From contig CAXRIF010000003.1 of assembly GCA_964231325.1 (NCBI GenBank), forward strand, positions 1,079,313-1,143,312: DNA of 64,000 nt. Reading direction: 5' to 3'. A program made the translations under genes and the position numbers. The stretch's first letter is position 1; each line of letters begins with the position of its first letter. Origin of the DNA: Rickettsiales bacterium (GTDB taxonomy: Bacteria; Pseudomonadota; Alphaproteobacteria; Rickettsiales; SXRF01). The notes below the pieces were generated by a model. That model was not told where the DNA came from. It ran no database searches and saw only the letters and a program-made list of their open reading frames with translations. Below, in pieces: positions 1 to 9,639 of the stretch.

Positions 1-491
1 ACGAATGGGCTAAAGGCACTGCAATGAAAATCCCACGGGGTGGCAAAGAGCGAAAGGGAGGAGAGTTTTTTGGGAGCCAGTTGCGCGGCTGCAAGTGACA
101 ACACGCCGCCCATGCAATAGCCACCCAAGGCAATTTTCTCTCCGGTTTTTTCATATAGGAAATCAATAACCGGTAGCAGCACGTTATTCACATAATCATC
201 AATGCCATATTGAGCCTCTTCTTTGCCGGGCGCCCCCCAATCCAATACAAGCGGATAAATATCCTGCTTTGCCAGATAGCGAAGCAAACTACGGTTAGCT
301 TCGAGGTCGAGTATGTAGTAGCGGTTAATAAGGGAGGGGACGAACAGTACATATGACTTTGCATGTGCTGGATCACACACACCCAAGCCATAATCCAACA
401 GCCTTACATTGCCTTGACACCAAATGGAGGCAGGTTCTGTTATATTACGTTTATAGGGTGTTTCTAGATAGCGGGTGATGCCCGCCATCAT
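1..491 (-). CDS. phaC: poly(3-hydroxyalkanoate) synthase PhaC-like alpha/beta hydrolase, 5' part only (gene runs off left edge)
   Basis: Edge-truncated ORF absent from track. Reverse-strand translation from ATGATG at 491 gives MMAGITRYLETPYKRN...QGNVRLLDYG...VLFVPSLINRYYILDL...PLVLDWGAPG...GGYCMGG (G-x-C-x-G PHA synthase box). The same frame stays open upstream to an ATG at 683. Confidence 0.8.
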   Translation of the reverse strand, partial: MMAGITRYLETPYKRNITEPASIWCQGNVRLLDYGLGVCDPAHAKSYVLFVPSLINRYYILDLEANRSLLRYLAKQDIYPLVLDWGAPGKEEAQYGIDDYVNNVLLPVIDFLYEKTGEKIALGGYCMGGVLSLAAAQLAPKKLSSLSLFATPWDFHCSAFSPF

Positions 492-492
492 C

Positions 493-819
493 TCATTTGC
501 GCGGCTTTGTGCTTCGCCGTTTAGTGCTTCGAACAGGTTTTGCAGTTCGTTTTTTTCCTTCCAGTGCGGCGATGCGTTTTTCGCACTGGCTAAGGCGAAA
601 GGCGAGCTGAGCCATGTCGCCATGCTGAGCATCAGGTGCATCGGCAGGGTCGGAAGCGGAGCTTGTTGGCGAGGTTTTTCCATAATTTTCAGGATTTTGC
701 ATTTGCTTTGTCAGATCCAGCATAGCCTGAATAAATTCTTTGTCACTGACAACTGTGCTGACCTGCTTTTGCCACAGATCCATAAATTGTTTAGCCATTT
801 GCTGATAGGGATTAGTCAT
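493..819 (-). CDS. hypothetical protein, possible small PHA-synthase partner or granule-associated protein with basic tail
   Basis: 108-aa ORF whose TGA lies 1 nt before the phaC ATG. It has a helical N-terminus (QQMAKQFMDLWQKQV), a coiled-coil segment (DMAQLAFRLSQCEKRIAALEGK) and a K/R-rich tail (KKRTAKPVRSTKRRSTKPRK). It is divergent from phaR. Family not firmly recognised. Confidence 0.45.
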   Translation of the reverse strand: MTNPYQQMAKQFMDLWQKQVSTVVSDKEFIQAMLDLTKQMQNPENYGKTSPTSSASDPADAPDAQHGDMAQLAFRLSQCEKRIAALEGKKRTAKPVRSTKRRSTKPRK

Positions 820-892
820 TGCGTAACCTTAGGAATAATGGTAATAATTAAGGCTCACCATAAAGGATAGATAGAGATAAGGAAAGTGCCTT

Positions 893-1420
893 ATGAAAAA
901 TGCTGCACAAAAAGATGAAATACCTGTCGTAAAAAAATATGCGAATCGCAGATTATACGACACAGAAACCAGTGCCTATATCACCCTTGAAGATTTATGT
1001 GAACGGGTTAAGGCGGGGCGTGATTTTGTGGTGCAGGATGCTAAAACAGGCGCAGACCTGACCAATCAAGTACTCACCCAAATTATTCTAGAGCAGGAAA
1101 TCAAAGGCTTTAACTTGCTGCCTACACCATTCTTGCGCTCGGTTATCCGTATGTATGATGACCAAATGACAGCACCGCTCCAGCATTACCTCAATGCAAG
1201 TATGATGAACTTCAACAATAACCGTGAAGAGATGCAATCCATGTTTAGCAAAGCCATGGGTGATTTCTCGCCGGTGAATCAATTTGAAGAAATGACGCGC
1301 AACAATATGGCTATGTTTGAAAAAACCGTGGGCATGTTTAATCCATTTGGCGCATCACATACTGAAGCTAATGAGCCTAAAAAAGCAGAACCAAAAGCCA
1401 AGCGCGCTAAGCGCTCGTAG
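893..1420 (+). CDS. phaR: polyhydroxyalkanoate synthesis repressor PhaR
   Basis: N-terminus VKKYANRRLYDTETSAYITLEDL...VVQDAKTGADLTNQVLTQIILEQE is the PhaR signature. The gene sits next to phaC. Confidence 0.9.
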   Translation: MKNAAQKDEIPVVKKYANRRLYDTETSAYITLEDLCERVKAGRDFVVQDAKTGADLTNQVLTQIILEQEIKGFNLLPTPFLRSVIRMYDDQMTAPLQHYLNASMMNFNNNREEMQSMFSKAMGDFSPVNQFEEMTRNNMAMFEKTVGMFNPFGASHTEANEPKKAEPKAKRAKRS

Positions 1421-1439
1421 CCGCTCCTGAACATTACTC

Positions 1440-1464
1440 AAAAAAAACGCCCCTTGCGGAGCGT
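1440..1464 (-). terminator. Rho-independent terminator for the 1501..1785 gene
   Basis: Minus-strand RNA forms ACGCUCC-GCAA-GGGGCGU (7 bp including one U-G pair, GNRA loop) followed by U8 (A-run 1440-1447 on plus strand). It lies 37 nt downstream of the stop at 1501. Confidence 0.65.
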
Positions 1465-1500
1465 CTAATTACTTAGAGGAGTAATGAAAAAATCTTCTGA

Positions 1501-1785
1501 TTATTCTCGGCCTTTGCCGTTGCTTTCTGCAGTAGGCAAGCCAGTTGGCACTTCTACTGTTGTATCCATATCTTCGCCCTTATCTTTGTCGCCACGACTC
1601 ATCAGATAGGCGGTAGCTAAACCACCGGCAGCAAGCAGACCGGTTGTAGCAAGCAGTGCTTGGCCTTCTGTCATATTGAGACCGACAGCATCAAACGCTT
1701 TCTTTGGATACTTACCAACAGCAGCGACTACTGACCCTTCAACTTTGTCAGCTTTTCCACTCAGGTCTTCTAATGTTCCGGTCAT
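1501..1785 (-). CDS. hypothetical small membrane protein
   Basis: 94-aa ORF with one hydrophobic helix (ALLATTGLLAAGGLATAYLM), followed by its own terminator. No family recognised. Confidence 0.5.
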   Translation of the reverse strand: MTGTLEDLSGKADKVEGSVVAAVGKYPKKAFDAVGLNMTEGQALLATTGLLAAGGLATAYLMSRGDKDKGEDMDTTVEVPTGLPTAESNGKGRE

Positions 1786-1922
1786 AAAATGCCTTTTTAT
1801 GTACGTAGTTATCTCTTAGTTTTGATAGTACACAAAACCATGCTGTTTGTGCGTGACAGTTTTGTGAACATGGTATTTTTTAGGTTATGACAGTTATATG
1901 ACAGGCACACAAACATTGTAAC

Positions 1923-2279
1923 CTATTTATTTTCCTTATTTTTTTCTTCTTTTTTTACTGAAGCAGCCAGTTCTTCTGCCTCTTTTTCCGGATCGGTTTG
2001 TTTGAATAAAGTGCTTGGGTCGGTTTGATACATTTCCGCAACCTTCAAAGTGACCTCATCTGGTGGCAATTTGCTTTCGCCACAAACGATGATTTCACCA
2101 AAGCCATCAAAGTTGTAAAGGTCGAGCGAGCCTTCCTTCTGCGCCTTCATAAACTCGTCGTATTGACTAGGTTTTACGGCCACATACACCCAGAATGGAT
2201 TGCCGTTATCCAGCGCACCATAAACCAGGACGATAATGCGGGTCAGGTCGTCGACTTTTTTGGGTTCTTGTTCGCTCAT
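1923..2279 (-). CDS. hypothetical protein
   Basis: 118-aa ORF with a non-repetitive globular-looking sequence and a K/E-rich C-terminus. No motif recognised. Confidence 0.55.
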   Translation of the reverse strand: MSEQEPKKVDDLTRIIVLVYGALDNGNPFWVYVAVKPSQYDEFMKAQKEGSLDLYNFDGFGEIIVCGESKLPPDEVTLKVAEMYQTDPSTLFKQTDPEKEAEELAASVKKEEKNKENK

Positions 2280-2348
2280 CCGTATAATTTAGTAGTTACA
2301 AGCATTTATTCTCACTTTTGGACAGCGAACTGTCAATCATTAACTCCA

Positions 2349-5036
2349 TTAAGCCGCCTCAGCCTTGCTTCCAAGCAGGCTACGCATCACATATTGTAGG
2401 ATTCCGCCATTTTGGTAGTAGGCAACTTCATCCAATGTGTCGATACGGCAAAGCAGGGGAGCTGTCGCAGTAGAACCATCTTTGTAGGTGATATGCATGT
2501 CCACTTTCATGCGTGGTTTGATACCTCCTGAGAGCCCTTTAAGGGTAATCGTTTCTTCACCAGTTAGCTTCAGGGTCTTACGGCTTTGGTCTCCGTGGAA
2601 AGTTAGGGGTAACACGCCCATACCCACCAGGTTAGAGCGGTGAATACGCTCAAAACTTTCTGCAATAACGGCCTCAACTCCAAGCAGCTTTGTACCTTTT
2701 GCTGCCCAGTCACGCGATGAGCCGGTACCATATTCCTTACCGGCAATCACCACGAGTGGCGTGCCGTCGGCTTTATGTTTCATAGCCGCGTCATACATAC
2801 TCATTTGCTCACCGTTATATTTGGTGTAACCACCTTCAACACCATCGAGCATTTCGTTTTTGATACGAATATTGGCGAATGTTCCGCGCATCATCACCTC
2901 ATGATTACCACGACGCGAACCGTATGAATTGAAGTCTTTCGGCTCCACTCCATTTTCTACCAGATATCTTGCAGCAGGTGATACTTTGGCAATACTGCCC
3001 GCAGGTGATACGTGATCGGTAGTAATCGAGTCACCAAACAAGCCAAGGATACGCGCACCCTCAATATCATGTGCTGTAGTGCTTGCTTCTTTGCTCATGC
3101 CCTCAAAATATGGCGGATTTTGTACATAGGTGGACTTGTTATTCCAGCCATAGGTTTTGCCTTCACCCACAGCAATATCCTGCCATGCTTTTTCGCCGGC
3201 AAACACATCTGAATATTTAGCCTTGAACATTTCCGCTGTTACACATTTCATCACCACATCGGCCACTTCCTGATTCGAAGGCCAGATATCTTTTAGAAAT
3301 ACGTCATTGCCATTTGCATCCTGACCGATTGCATCTTTCGTGATGTCGATATGCATGCTTCCCGCAAAAGCGTATGCAACGACAAGCGGAGGAGAGGCGA
3401 GATAATTCGCTTTCACCAACGGATGAACACGACCTTCGAAGTTGCGGTTTCCTGATAACACCGAAGTGACCACCAATCCGTTATCTTTAATTGCTGTCTC
3501 AATTTCTTCTTTGAGTGGTCCGGAGTTACCAATACAGGTGGTGCAACCATAGCCAACCAAATTAAATCCGATTGCATCAAGGTCGTCTTGTAGTCCGGAC
3601 TTTTCCAGATATTCCGTTACTACTTTAGAACCGGGCGCTAGTGACGTTTTCACCCACGGCTTTACCTTCATGCCTTTTGCAGCCGCTTTTTGTGCAACCA
3701 AACCAGCTGCCATCATCACGTATGGGTTTGAGGTGTTCGTACAGCTAGTGATTGCTGCGATCACTACATCCCCATGCCCCATATCATAATCGCCAACCGC
3801 TACACGTTTATCCGCTGCTGTTTTCTTTTCCTTATCCAGCTCAGCCTGCGCTTTTACGAACTCTGTCGTTGCAGCCGACAGCAGGATTTTATCTTGTGGA
3901 CGCTTTGGCCCAGAGATACATGGTTCTACTGTGCCCATATCAAGTTCCAAAGTGTCAGTGAATACTGGCTCCTGATAATTTTCATCGCGCCACATGCCTT
4001 GCGCTTTTGCGTATGCTTCAACCAGCTCAATACGATCAGCATCACGGCTGGTGAGTTTCAGATAGTTGATGGTTTCTGCATCAATTGGGAATATACCGCA
4101 GGTCGCACCATATTCCGGCGCCATATTGGCGATAGTCGCGCGATCCGCCAGTGGCAAATTATCAAGACCTTCACCGTAAAACTCAACAAACTTACCCACC
4201 ACACCTTTAGCACGCAGCATCTGTACTACGGTAAGCACCAGGTCAGTTGCCGTTGCACCTTCTTTCATTTTTCCTGTGAGCTTGAAACCAATAACTTCTG
4301 GAATCAGCATAGAGACTGGCTGACCAAGCATGGCCGCTTCCGCCTCGATACCACCGACGCCCCAGCCAAGCACGCCGAGACCATTAACCATAGTGGTGTG
4401 CGAATCCGTACCTACCAGCGTATCCGGATAAGCAACACCGTCCTGAACCCACACAGCCTGCGCCAGATATTCGAGGTTTACCTGATGACAGATACCGGTT
4501 CCTGGAGGAACCACACGGAAATTATCAAAGGCATTTTGCCCCCAACGCAAAAATTCGTAACGCTCACCGTTACGCTCCATTTCAGCCTCTACGTTTTTTT
4601 CGAAGGCGTTCTCTGTGCCGTAATTATCTACCATCACCGAGTGGTCGATCACCAAATCGACAGGCGAAAGCGGATTGATTTTCTCTGCATCACCACCAAG
4701 CTTAGCCATTGCATCACGCATGGCAGCTAAATCAACCACAGCAGGAACGCCAGTAAAATCCTGCATCAGCACGCGGGCAGGACGATAGGCAATTTCACGG
4801 TTAGAGGTTTTGTTAGTATACCATTCGCCAAACGCCTCAACATCTGCCTTGTTGACGCTAATGTCATCTTCATGACGAAGCAGGTTTTCCATCAACACCT
4901 TGATAGAGTAAGGCAGGCGAGACAGATCCTGCTTTAACGCAGCATATGCTTTAGGCAGATCGAAGTATTCATAGGTTTTTCCGCCAACATTCAACGATGA
5001 TTTTGCGTTGAATGAATTCTTACTCTTGTGTTTCAC
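2349..5036 (-). CDS. acnA: aconitate hydratase AcnA
   Basis: 895 aa. Motifs include [53 protein letters not shown] and SGNRNFEGR. Confidence 0.97.
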   Translation of the reverse strand: MKHKSKNSFNAKSSLNVGGKTYEYFDLPKAYAALKQDLSRLPYSIKVLMENLLRHEDDISVNKADVEAFGEWYTNKTSNREIAYRPARVLMQDFTGVPAVVDLAAMRDAMAKLGGDAEKINPLSPVDLVIDHSVMVDNYGTENAFEKNVEAEMERNGERYEFLRWGQNAFDNFRVVPPGTGICHQVNLEYLAQAVWVQDGVAYPDTLVGTDSHTTMVNGLGVLGWGVGGIEAEAAMLGQPVSMLIPEVIGFKLTGKMKEGATATDLVLTVVQMLRAKGVVGKFVEFYGEGLDNLPLADRATIANMAPEYGATCGIFPIDAETINYLKLTSRDADRIELVEAYAKAQGMWRDENYQEPVFTDTLELDMGTVEPCISGPKRPQDKILLSAATTEFVKAQAELDKEKKTAADKRVAVGDYDMGHGDVVIAAITSCTNTSNPYVMMAAGLVAQKAAAKGMKVKPWVKTSLAPGSKVVTEYLEKSGLQDDLDAIGFNLVGYGCTTCIGNSGPLKEEIETAIKDNGLVVTSVLSGNRNFEGRVHPLVKANYLASPPLVVAYAFAGSMHIDITKDAIGQDANGNDVFLKDIWPSNQEVADVVMKCVTAEMFKAKYSDVFAGEKAWQDIAVGEGKTYGWNNKSTYVQNPPYFEGMSKEASTTAHDIEGARILGLFGDSITTDHVSPAGSIAKVSPAARYLVENGVEPKDFNSYGSRRGNHEVMMRGTFANIRIKNEMLDGVEGGYTKYNGEQMSMYDAAMKHKADGTPLVVIAGKEYGTGSSRDWAAKGTKLLGVEAVIAESFERIHRSNLVGMGVLPLTFHGDQSRKTLKLTGEETITLKGLSGGIKPRMKVDMHITYKDGSTATAPLLCRIDTLDEVAYYQNGGILQYVMRSLLGSKAEAA

Positions 5037-5108
5037 TGGAATGCTCCTTATTGATGGTAGGATTATTTGACCATATATTTCTACCGGTTAAAGGTTAAAT
5101 GTTCGTTT

Positions 5109-5720
5109 ATGCTTACTTGCGAAGACCTTGCGTGCCAACGCGGAAACAGTACCATTTTCAGCCAGTTAGGCTTTAGCCTGCTGCCGGGTGGGCTGTTGCT
5201 GCTTAAAGGCCCCAACGGCTCCGGCAAAACCAGCTTGATCAAAATGCTGGCCGGCCTTCTGCCGCAAGCGAGCGGGAACATCACCTGGGAAGGTGTTTCT
5301 ACTACAAATAACGAGGATTTCAAGCGTGAGCTTATGTATGTGGGGCATAAAAGCGCCGTGAAACTCGATAGTACAGTGGAAGAAAACATTGCCTTCTGGG
5401 GAAAACTATATGGCACAGAAATGCTGGTACCGGCGGCATTGAAATATTACGGGCTCGAAAAATTCAAGGATACGCAGACCGTACAGCTCTCCGCCGGATG
5501 GCAACGCAGAGTAGCGCTTGCCAGGCTGATTGTTGCGCCCAGCAGGTTGTGGTTGCTCGATGAGCCCACCAATTTTTTGGACGAAGAAGCCGTCGTGCTT
5601 ACTGCAAGCCTGATTGAATCCCGCGTGAAGCAAGGGGGCATGGTGGTTGCCGCTTCACATATCATGAGTTCGGCTATCGCCAGCCACACGCTGTGGATGG
5701 AGGATTACGTCAATGTTTAG
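5109..5720 (+). CDS. ccmA: heme exporter ATP-binding protein CcmA
   Basis: Walker A GPNGSGKTS, LSAGWQRRVALARL and LWLLDEP, followed by ccmB. I moved the start to the ATG at 5109 (MLTCEDL...) because the upstream extension looks non-coding. Confidence 0.9.
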   Translation: MLTCEDLACQRGNSTIFSQLGFSLLPGGLLLLKGPNGSGKTSLIKMLAGLLPQASGNITWEGVSTTNNEDFKRELMYVGHKSAVKLDSTVEENIAFWGKLYGTEMLVPAALKYYGLEKFKDTQTVQLSAGWQRRVALARLIVAPSRLWLLDEPTNFLDEEAVVLTASLIESRVKQGGMVVAASHIMSSAIASHTLWMEDYVNV

Positions 5721-6342
5721 ATTAATCCTTACGCAGACACTGACGCACGCATTTCGCAAAGGGGGCGGGGCGTTCGGTAGTTGCGCGTTTTACATTATTA
5801 TTGTGACACTATTTACCTTCGCGCTCACCCCGGAAACCATGGGTACATATGCTGGTGCGGTGATGTGTGTGGCGATGTTGCTTGCCTCTATCACCGCCTT
5901 ACCGCTGATCTTTGAGCGTGATTATGAGGATGGAACCATGGAGCAATTCCTCATCTGGCCTGTAGCGCTGGAAGTGCTGGTCTTTGCCAAGCTGGTTGGC
6001 CAGTGGCTTTCCATTATTGTTCCTATCCTTATTGTTTCGCCATTAGTAGCTCTGTTTGCTGACCTAAATTTATCGCAAACGATAAATGTGATGACCTTAT
6101 TAATACTGGCATCACCCAGTATGATTGCTATTAGCGTGATTGCCGCTGCGCTCACACTTGGCACAAAACGCGGCGGGCTTCTTCAGGCGCTTATCACGCT
6201 ACCGCTCTATATTCCCATTTTAATTTTTGCTGCATCAGCCGGCGGGCAGGGGGCATTACTATTCTTAGGCGGAGCATTACTTGCTACCGTACCACTTGCC
6301 TGTTTTATCGGCGCGGGGCTTATAAAAATAAGCGTGGATTAA
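5713..6342 (+). CDS. ccmB: heme exporter permease CcmB
   Basis: 209-aa polytopic protein overlapping ccmA by 8 nt. Contains FERDYEDGTMEQ, typical of CcmB. Confidence 0.9.
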   Translation: MFRLILTQTLTHAFRKGGGAFGSCAFYIIIVTLFTFALTPETMGTYAGAVMCVAMLLASITALPLIFERDYEDGTMEQFLIWPVALEVLVFAKLVGQWLSIIVPILIVSPLVALFADLNLSQTINVMTLLILASPSMIAISVIAAALTLGTKRGGLLQALITLPLYIPILIFAASAGGQGALLFLGGALLATVPLACFIGAGLIKISVD

Positions 6343-6343
6343 T

Positions 6344-7576
6344 CTATTTCAAATCCAGGAAAGTAAAACGCTCACGTGTGTAGCGCGCATAGTTGGTGGC
6401 TATTTCATAATCTTTTTCATGCCAGCCAATATCACCCGGCACCACAGGACACTCGGCCGTTTTTAATAACGCCTCTATCTGTTTTGATGGAACAGAGTGC
6501 TTTTCAATTTGCGCCGCCGTTTCGCCCCAGTTTTTTAAGTTATCTTCTTCTAGGGAGTGCTCAATAAGCGCACACTTCCCATCAAATGCTTTACGCGCTT
6601 GTGTTGCGGTTTCACTACCAAGCAGATGAATTATTTGTTCACTGCTAAAATCATCTGGGCGAATGATAGGCTTAGACTGCAACAGTGCTTCCTGCAAACG
6701 CGCCATAGTAAGTGTGGTGACGGCTATACTCTCACCATGCAGAGGAGCTTTGTTTTGTTTCGCGGGCAGACTGTTGATCATCTCATAGGTGTGCGAAATC
6801 ATGTGTTCACCCTGACTTGCGGGATAGCTACCACCAGAGATGGTCATCCCCAAACCAGAAAGCAACAGGGTTTTTGTCAATAAGGTGATACTACCCACAT
6901 CAGCCTTGGCAACGCCTCTTGCATTATCAAAAAGTTCGGGCTCCAATTCGGCTAACAATTCAAACGGTGCTGTTTCATAGTGCGTATCGAGCAATAAATG
7001 CGACAGCAGCCAATCAGCCTGCGCTGTTGAACGCGCAAGTGAATCACCAAAACCGCTTTTCGTAAGGCGGGCAGGGGCAGCGCTTATCACACTCATATCA
7101 CACATCACTGCCAGCGGCATAAAAGCCAACATGGTTTTTTTATGTCCCTGCGACGTAATGGAAGCATTGGCAGAAAGATAGCCATTCATGGAAGCTGCTG
7201 TGGGGAAAACGATGTATGGTTTGCGATCGAGATGTGCAACGTACTTACAAAGATCATTTATCGTACCGCTTCCTACTGCCACCAACGCGTCCGCCGAAAG
7301 TGTTTGTGTACGAAGATACTGCACAAAGTGATCGTCTGCAGTGACATTGTCTTTAAGTGTAACATGCGTGCAGGGAAAACGACCTTTAAGTGCTTTAAAA
7401 ACCTGTCCGCCCAATGCCGCTTCCGTGTTTACATCATCTACCACTGCGAGCTTTTGAGGTGGTAAAATTTCCGCCACCAAATCATCAATGTCGTGGTGCA
7501 ATTTTTTTTCCATCACCATACGCGGCGGCGATTTTAATTTTTTTTGTAGTAAGGACTCGACGGTTTTGCTGAACAC
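6344..7576 (-). CDS. iron-containing alcohol dehydrogenase family protein, glycerol-1-phosphate dehydrogenase (AraM/EgsA)-like
   Basis: 410 aa with GSGTINDLCKYVA and PTAASMNGYLSANAS, motifs of the dehydroquinate-synthase-like/G1PDH branch. The subfamily call is tentative. Confidence 0.7.
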   Translation of the reverse strand: MFSKTVESLLQKKLKSPPRMVMEKKLHHDIDDLVAEILPPQKLAVVDDVNTEAALGGQVFKALKGRFPCTHVTLKDNVTADDHFVQYLRTQTLSADALVAVGSGTINDLCKYVAHLDRKPYIVFPTAASMNGYLSANASITSQGHKKTMLAFMPLAVMCDMSVISAAPARLTKSGFGDSLARSTAQADWLLSHLLLDTHYETAPFELLAELEPELFDNARGVAKADVGSITLLTKTLLLSGLGMTISGGSYPASQGEHMISHTYEMINSLPAKQNKAPLHGESIAVTTLTMARLQEALLQSKPIIRPDDFSSEQIIHLLGSETATQARKAFDGKCALIEHSLEEDNLKNWGETAAQIEKHSVPSKQIEALLKTAECPVVPGDIGWHEKDYEIATNYARYTRERFTFLDLK

Positions 7577-7656
7577 GGAAAATAAGAATTTCTATTTGTG
7601 AATTAGGAAAGCATCGCTATGTTAGCTACGTTATTTTTTTTTGATTGGCAAACCTT

Positions 7657-8466
7657 ATGCGCGCTTTTTTATTACTATGTACATTAGTCACTTCACTTTC
7701 TGCTTGTAGTGAACAACCCGAACCACGTGAAGCGGTCGTTCCTGAAACAAAACAAGATGCGGCATTTGACGCATGGCTCGATGATTTTCGCAGAGATGCC
7801 CGAGCCCAAGGAATTAGTAACGCTACCCTTGATGATGCGCTGGTAGGTATTGGCTATAATAGCCGTGTTATCAGGCTTGATCGCAAACAACCAGAAGGCA
7901 AGCTGACGCTTGAGCAATATTTAAAGAAAGTAATCAATAACCATCGCATTGAAAAGGGGCGTGCACTTTATAAAGAACACGCAACACTACTTAATGAGGT
8001 GAGCAACAAGTATGGCGTACCCCCTCAATATATCGTGGCGCTATGGGGGATTGAAACCAACTATGGCTCGAATATGGGTAGCTTCTCTGTGGTCGAATCA
8101 CTCGCCACTCTGGCCTATGATGGTAGACGTAGCAAATATTTCCGTGGCGAGCTGATCAACGCACTTAAAATTATCGATGACGGACATACAGACGCATATA
8201 ATATGGTTGGATCATGGGCAGGTGCAATGGGGCAAAGCCAATTTATGCCTAGCAGCTTCCTTTCCTATGCAGTGGATTATAATGGCGATGGAAAAAGAGA
8301 CATATGGAGCAGCAAACCAGATGTATTTGCCTCTATCGCTAATTATCTGAACCGTCACGGCTGGAGCCAAAACAAAAAGAAAAACTTTGATGTTATTATG
8401 AAGTGGAATCGCTCAACCTATTTTGCCACCGCCGTGATGCAGTTGGCTGATAGTATTGCACAATAA
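7657..8466 (+). CDS. lytic murein transglycosylase (MltB family) lipoprotein
   Basis: Signal peptide plus lipobox (LVTSLSAC). Contains ALWGIETNYG, YDGRRSKYFRGE, GAMGQSQFMPSSF and DYNGDGKRDIW. Start placed at ATG 7657 rather than TTG 7645. Confidence 0.85.
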   Translation: MRAFLLLCTLVTSLSACSEQPEPREAVVPETKQDAAFDAWLDDFRRDARAQGISNATLDDALVGIGYNSRVIRLDRKQPEGKLTLEQYLKKVINNHRIEKGRALYKEHATLLNEVSNKYGVPPQYIVALWGIETNYGSNMGSFSVVESLATLAYDGRRSKYFRGELINALKIIDDGHTDAYNMVGSWAGAMGQSQFMPSSFLSYAVDYNGDGKRDIWSSKPDVFASIANYLNRHGWSQNKKKNFDVIMKWNRSTYFATAVMQLADSIAQ

Positions 8467-8475
8467 GGAGGAACT

Positions 8476-9624
8476 ATGTCTCGTCACCTATGGATCATTG
8501 CGGCACTCGGCCTGCTTAGTGCTTGTGGACAACAACCCTATAGCGGCCCCGTTCCAAAGGGTGTTAAGGTTGGAAACCCCTATGTCATTAATGGCAAGAC
8601 TTATTACCCTGCTTATGATGACACCTATGATAAAATAGGTACTGCTTCCTGGTATGGCCCAGGTTTTCACGGCAAACGCACAGCAAATGGCGAAATATAT
8701 GATCAGAATGCGCTAACCGCTGCCCACCCAACACTGCCTATGCCCTCTATTGTGCGCGTTACTAATTTGGAAAATGGCAAGAGCCTGATTGTGCGTATCA
8801 ATGACCGCGGCCCATTTAAGGCCAACCGTATTATCGATATGTCTAAAAAGTCTGCTCAGGAGCTTGGCTTTAAGGGCCTGGCAAAAGTTCGTGTACAATT
8901 TTTAAAACCGGAAACGGAAGAATATATTGCAAATCTGCAAAGAGATAACCGCATTGACATGGCAAGCTACAATCGCAGAGAAAAACACGTTAAAGATGCG
9001 GCAGTAGCGGCCTCCACTGCTCCCGAAGCGCAAATAGTAGAGTCTACAGTTAGCAATAGCCAATACGGACAAACAGTAGTTGATGCTGCACCAGTGATGA
9101 GTGTGGGTAGTGCCGAGGTAATGAGCGACAATAGCATACGCGTTTCTGAGGTGAATTCTGTTGAAGCTTATGAGGCTAAGCGTGCCAATATCTTTATCAA
9201 GGACGCTGCAGCGGACGACAATGTAGACGGCTACACTACTACCACCTCAAACATCAGCGGAGGAGGGAACAATATCGCTTCTGAGCCTGAACCGGGCGCT
9301 GTGGTGCTAAGCTCGCAAGACCCTGCACCAGTTAAAATTACCACTCAGGCAGAGACGCCGATAGAAAACACATACCAACCGTCAGCTGGCCCAAAAGATG
9401 GGTATTTCATTCAGGCCGGCTCATTCTCCTCTGAAGGCAACGCACAAAAACTCAGCGACCGCTTATCTATGATCTCCAGAGTTAATATTGAACGAGTAGA
9501 TATGTCTGGTCGTGTGTGGTGGCGTGTGCGTGTTGGCCCGTTTGACAATAAAGCGGCAGCTAATACCAAACTTGCAGAAGTACGGTCTTCCGGAGTGCCG
9601 GATGCTCGAATCGTTCGTCAATAA
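8476..9624 (+). CDS. rlpA: septal ring lytic transglycosylase RlpA with C-terminal SPOR domain
   Basis: AAGGAGG Shine-Dalgarno site and lipobox LLSAC. DPBB core ASWYGPGFHGKRTANGEIYD...AAHPTLPMPS..VRVTN; SPOR-like C-terminus GYFIQAGSFSSEGNAQKL...WWRVRVGPF. Confidence 0.9.
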   Translation: MSRHLWIIAALGLLSACGQQPYSGPVPKGVKVGNPYVINGKTYYPAYDDTYDKIGTASWYGPGFHGKRTANGEIYDQNALTAAHPTLPMPSIVRVTNLENGKSLIVRINDRGPFKANRIIDMSKKSAQELGFKGLAKVRVQFLKPETEEYIANLQRDNRIDMASYNRREKHVKDAAVAASTAPEAQIVESTVSNSQYGQTVVDAAPVMSVGSAEVMSDNSIRVSEVNSVEAYEAKRANIFIKDAAADDNVDGYTTTTSNISGGGNNIASEPEPGAVVLSSQDPAPVKITTQAETPIENTYQPSAGPKDGYFIQAGSFSSEGNAQKLSDRLSMISRVNIERVDMSGRVWWRVRVGPFDNKAAANTKLAEVRSSGVPDARIVRQ

Positions 9625-9639
9625 TATAAGGTCATTTCA

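Noticed and set aside
1800-1920. Imperfect nested inverted repeats (CACAAAAC...GTTTTGTG, ACCATG...CATGGT) downstream of the 118-aa gene, considered as a terminator or sRNA
   Set aside because: The pairing is ambiguous with large loops and only a weak U-tract, so I could not support a specific structure without folding software.
3774-4730. 318-aa plus-strand ORF (and several others of 60-70 aa) inside acnA
   Set aside because: It lies entirely antisense to a strongly supported aconitase gene. The sequence is low-complexity and Cys/Phe/Ile-rich, typical of shadow ORFs.
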